Program-made: the position numbers and the translations under genes | Shown: positions 59,548 to 61,756 of the stretch, piece by piece | Layout: each line of letters starts with the position of its first letter | Position numbering within the stretch: the first letter of the stretch is position 1 | Source: a virus | Taxonomy: Duplodnaviria > Caudoviricetes | Direction: 5' to 3' (one strand) | Length of the DNA stretch: 61,756 bases | IMG/VR virus record: IMGVR_UViG_3300042888_000791 | Location: 1-61,756 of that record | Notes under the pieces: model-generated | Database searches by the model: none | What the model was told of the DNA's origin: nothing | The model's input: the letters and a program-made list of their open reading frames with translations, nothing else

Positions 59548-60363
59548 ATGCCTACATTTATAAAAACAGGGTTTTGGGAAAAAACTCAAAAAGGATTTGA
59601 TCATTGGTTAAATCTTGATTTATTCGTAGCACAAGCTGTGCCTACACCAAATTTACAACAAGTAACTGATACTGGATATATTACTACTACTGCTATCACT
59701 GTAGCAGCATTAAATTTAACAGACGTTAGTGCACCAGCATTAAAAGGATCTTTAGTATATAATAATCATATTTTAAATTTCTATAATGAAAATTCTGAAA
59801 GTATTACTACTGTAGATTCTGTTAATAGAATAAATGCTTTAGGGTTTGCTTCTGCATTAAATAATACTGGACAAGATGTAAATGCTTTTGGTGCTACAGC
59901 AGCTCAAGATAATAATGCAAATAATGTAAATGCTTTTGGAAGTGTTGCATGTGCCACTAATCAAGGAAATGATGTAAATGGTTTTGGTAATGGATCAGCT
60001 TACAATAATGTAGGAAGTAGTTTAAATGCTTTAGGAAATTCAGCTGCAAATATTAATAGTGGAAATTATGTAAATGCTTTAGGTAATAATTCAGCATATA
60101 ATAATACAGGAAATGATGTAAACGCATTTGGAAATACAGCTGCTTATAATAATGCAGGAGATAATGTAAATGCTTTTGGAAATGGAGCAGGAAATGATAA
60201 CTTACTTAGTGGTCAAACTATTTTTTCTAATGCATCTATACCAACTTATGCTGATCGTACTGCTGCAGCTTTAGCTATAACTATATTTGAAGGTGCTTCT
60301 CCTGGTTGTACTTATTTATACTATGATTTATCAAGAAATTATATATCAGCAATTATAACATAA
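59548..60363 (+). CDS. Fibre protein with 14-residue Asn-rich beta-roll (YadA-head-like) repeats
   Basis: About 9 tandem VNA[FL]GxxAAxNNxGxx repeats; N-terminus shared with ORF 60374. Confidence 0.7.
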   Translation: MPTFIKTGFWEKTQKGFDHWLNLDLFVAQAVPTPNLQQVTDTGYITTTAITVAALNLTDVSAPALKGSLVYNNHILNFYNENSESITTVDSVNRINALGFASALNNTGQDVNAFGATAAQDNNANNVNAFGSVACATNQGNDVNGFGNGSAYNNVGSSLNALGNSAANINSGNYVNALGNNSAYNNTGNDVNAFGNTAAYNNAGDNVNAFGNGAGNDNLLSGQTIFSNASIPTYADRTAAALAITIFEGASPGCTYLYYDLSRNYISAIIT

Positions 60364-60373
60364 ATAATTAAAT

Positions 60374-61333
60374 ATGGCAACATTTATTAAAGCAGGTTTT
60401 TGGGAACAATTATGTAAACCTTGTACAGGATACAAGGGATGGCTTAATTTAGATAAGTTTGTAAAAGATATTGCAGGAGAAGGTATAGTGGGTCCACAAG
60501 GACCCCAAGGACCTCAGGGTGTTCAAGGAATGCAAGGAGTACAAGGAGATACTGGTCCACAAGGAACAGCTGGAAATTCTGTAACAATATTAGGATCAGT
60601 TGCTGATTATGCAGCTTTTTTAGCTGGTCCTGGTAGTTCTCCTGGAGCTAATATAGGTGATGCATGGATTTTATTATCTGATGGATCACTAATGAGTTGG
60701 AATGGTACAGTTTGGTTTGATGCAGGAGATATAAAAGGACCTCCTGGTGACCAAGGTCCACAAGGAGAACAAGGTGTGCAAGGTGTACAGGGAATACAAG
60801 GTGTGCAAGGACCAACAGGTCTTACTGGATTATTTGCTCAAACTGCTGATGGAGGTCCTGTAACTGCTACAACAGTAGAAACAACAATAATAGGCCCTGG
60901 GGTAGGTACATTAACTGTACCTGCAAATGGATTTCAAATAGGAGATAGTTTTGCATGTGCATTAGATGGTATAATCACTTGTTTAGGTTCAGCAACATTA
61001 CATGTGCGTGTTAGAACATTAGCTGGAGTGCTTTTAGCTGATACAGGTATAATTGCTATGGAAGCTACAACTAATAAGTCTTGGTTAATAAATTTATATT
61101 TTACAATAAGAACATTAGGAGGAGCAGGTGTTGCATCAATATCATCAGGAGGATTGTTTTCTTATATTAAAAATTCAGGAACTAATTTTGAAGGATATGT
61201 ATTAAGCACACTTAATAATACAACATTTAATACAACTATTGACAATACACTCGTAGTTACTATGCAATGGAATACCACAAGCGCAGGTAATTCAATTCTT
61301 TCAAGAAACTTTACGCTTACAAAATTATATTAA
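60374..61333 (+). CDS. Collagen-like fibre protein with C-terminal beta-sandwich
   Basis: Two (Gly-X-Y)n blocks ([13 protein letters not shown]...) flanking a short globular insert. Confidence 0.8.
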   Translation: MATFIKAGFWEQLCKPCTGYKGWLNLDKFVKDIAGEGIVGPQGPQGPQGVQGMQGVQGDTGPQGTAGNSVTILGSVADYAAFLAGPGSSPGANIGDAWILLSDGSLMSWNGTVWFDAGDIKGPPGDQGPQGEQGVQGVQGIQGVQGPTGLTGLFAQTADGGPVTATTVETTIIGPGVGTLTVPANGFQIGDSFACALDGIITCLGSATLHVRVRTLAGVLLADTGIIAMEATTNKSWLINLYFTIRTLGGAGVASISSGGLFSYIKNSGTNFEGYVLSTLNNTTFNTTIDNTLVVTMQWNTTSAGNSILSRNFTLTKLY

Positions 61334-61335
61334 AA

Positions 61336-61367
61336 TTTGTATATATAAAAAATAATATATACTTTTA
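61336..61367 (+). promoter_or_regulatory. Bacteroidota-type promoter closely resembling the one at 8231
   Basis: TTTG-N20-TACTTTTA with TATATAAAAA in the spacer. Confidence 0.55.
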
Positions 61368-61397
61368 CTGTTAATTTTTAAAAAACCAATTTACATT

Positions 61398-61628
61398 ATG
61401 GCACAGTATGACCCAAACAAAAAATGGACGTGGACTCCTGAAGACAAATTTGAACTTTCAGGAAAAGATTTTGGATTAATTCTAAATACATTTAGAGCTA
61501 TCTTAGGTAAACCAGAAGCACAAGAAATATTATTAGCTCAACAAGCTTCTAATGTATTAGAAGGTGTATTAGCTGCATCAGTTGAAGCTGGAGTAGCAAA
61601 AGAAGTGATAGAAGAAATACCTTCATAA
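61398..61628 (+). CDS. Hypothetical protein
   Basis: 76-aa ORF downstream of the promoter motif. Confidence 0.65.
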   Translation: MAQYDPNKKWTWTPEDKFELSGKDFGLILNTFRAILGKPEAQEILLAQQASNVLEGVLAASVEAGVAKEVIEEIPS

Positions 61629-61685
61629 ATTAACATAGCTGTTGGGAGATGAATAACAGCTTACCTTAAACAAAAGCTCTTCTCT

Positions 61686-61756
61686 ATGAGAATATATGAA
61701 CCAAAGAATAAAATAGATGTTATAACGCCAAAGGGAGATGGCTCAATCATGTTTAT
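61686..61756 (+). CDS. Hypothetical protein, N-terminal part (runs off the window)
   Basis: MRIYEPKNKIDVITPKGDGSIMF... is open to the window end. Confidence 0.45.
   Translation, partial: MRIYEPKNKIDVITPKGDGSIMF

Noticed and set aside
59830-60200. CRISPR array or DNA tandem repeat (42-bp periodic GTAAATGCTTT)
   Set aside because: The periodicity is an in-frame 14-aa protein repeat with synonymous variation and no repeat-spacer structure.
61637-61661. Hairpin AGCTGTT/AACAGCT as a terminator
   Set aside because: Only a 7-bp stem with a large loop and no convincing U-tract.
1-61756. Alternative genetic code (TAG/TGA reassignment known in some Crassvirales)
   Set aside because: Very long ORFs are intact in the standard code, coding density is near complete, and TAG serves as an apparent true stop at 49007-49009 and 49185-49187.

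Overview
This AT-rich window is the virion-morphogenesis region of a crAss-like (Crassvirales-type) phage, probably infecting a Bacteroidota host. All credible genes are on the + strand, tightly packed, and read in the standard genetic code. Gene order: end of the major capsid gene; conserved head/ring/auxiliary capsid genes; a Cys-rich fibre/decoration cluster; a metallophosphoesterase; ring, HU-like and tail tubular genes; a split muzzle/tail-stabilisation gene; cargo (ejection) proteins, including a 4642-aa virion RNA polymerase (GSDFDIDKL) with a C-terminal RecD/Dda-like helicase and a 2369-aa protein with zincin-like and PD-(D/E)xK nuclease domains; a lysis cassette; tail/head fibre genes; a GT-A glycosyltransferase; a ferritin-like gene; and collagen/repeat fibres. 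The strongest candidate for an undescribed system is phage-encoded virion O-glycosylation. At least six putative structural proteins carry mixed-codon poly-Thr tracts, often at the C-terminus, and the phage encodes a glycosyltransferase whose motifs resemble plant peptidyl-Ser/Hyp O-glycosyltransferases (SERGT/HPAT-like), two genes upstream of an unannotated poly-Thr mini-protein. Other notable signals: an L,D-transpeptidase-family cassette inside an ejection protein, recurring Q/A-x-G(G) junction motifs in the cargo proteins, and a structured RNA candidate after the capsid gene. All family calls come from motif recognition and synteny by eye; no searches were run.
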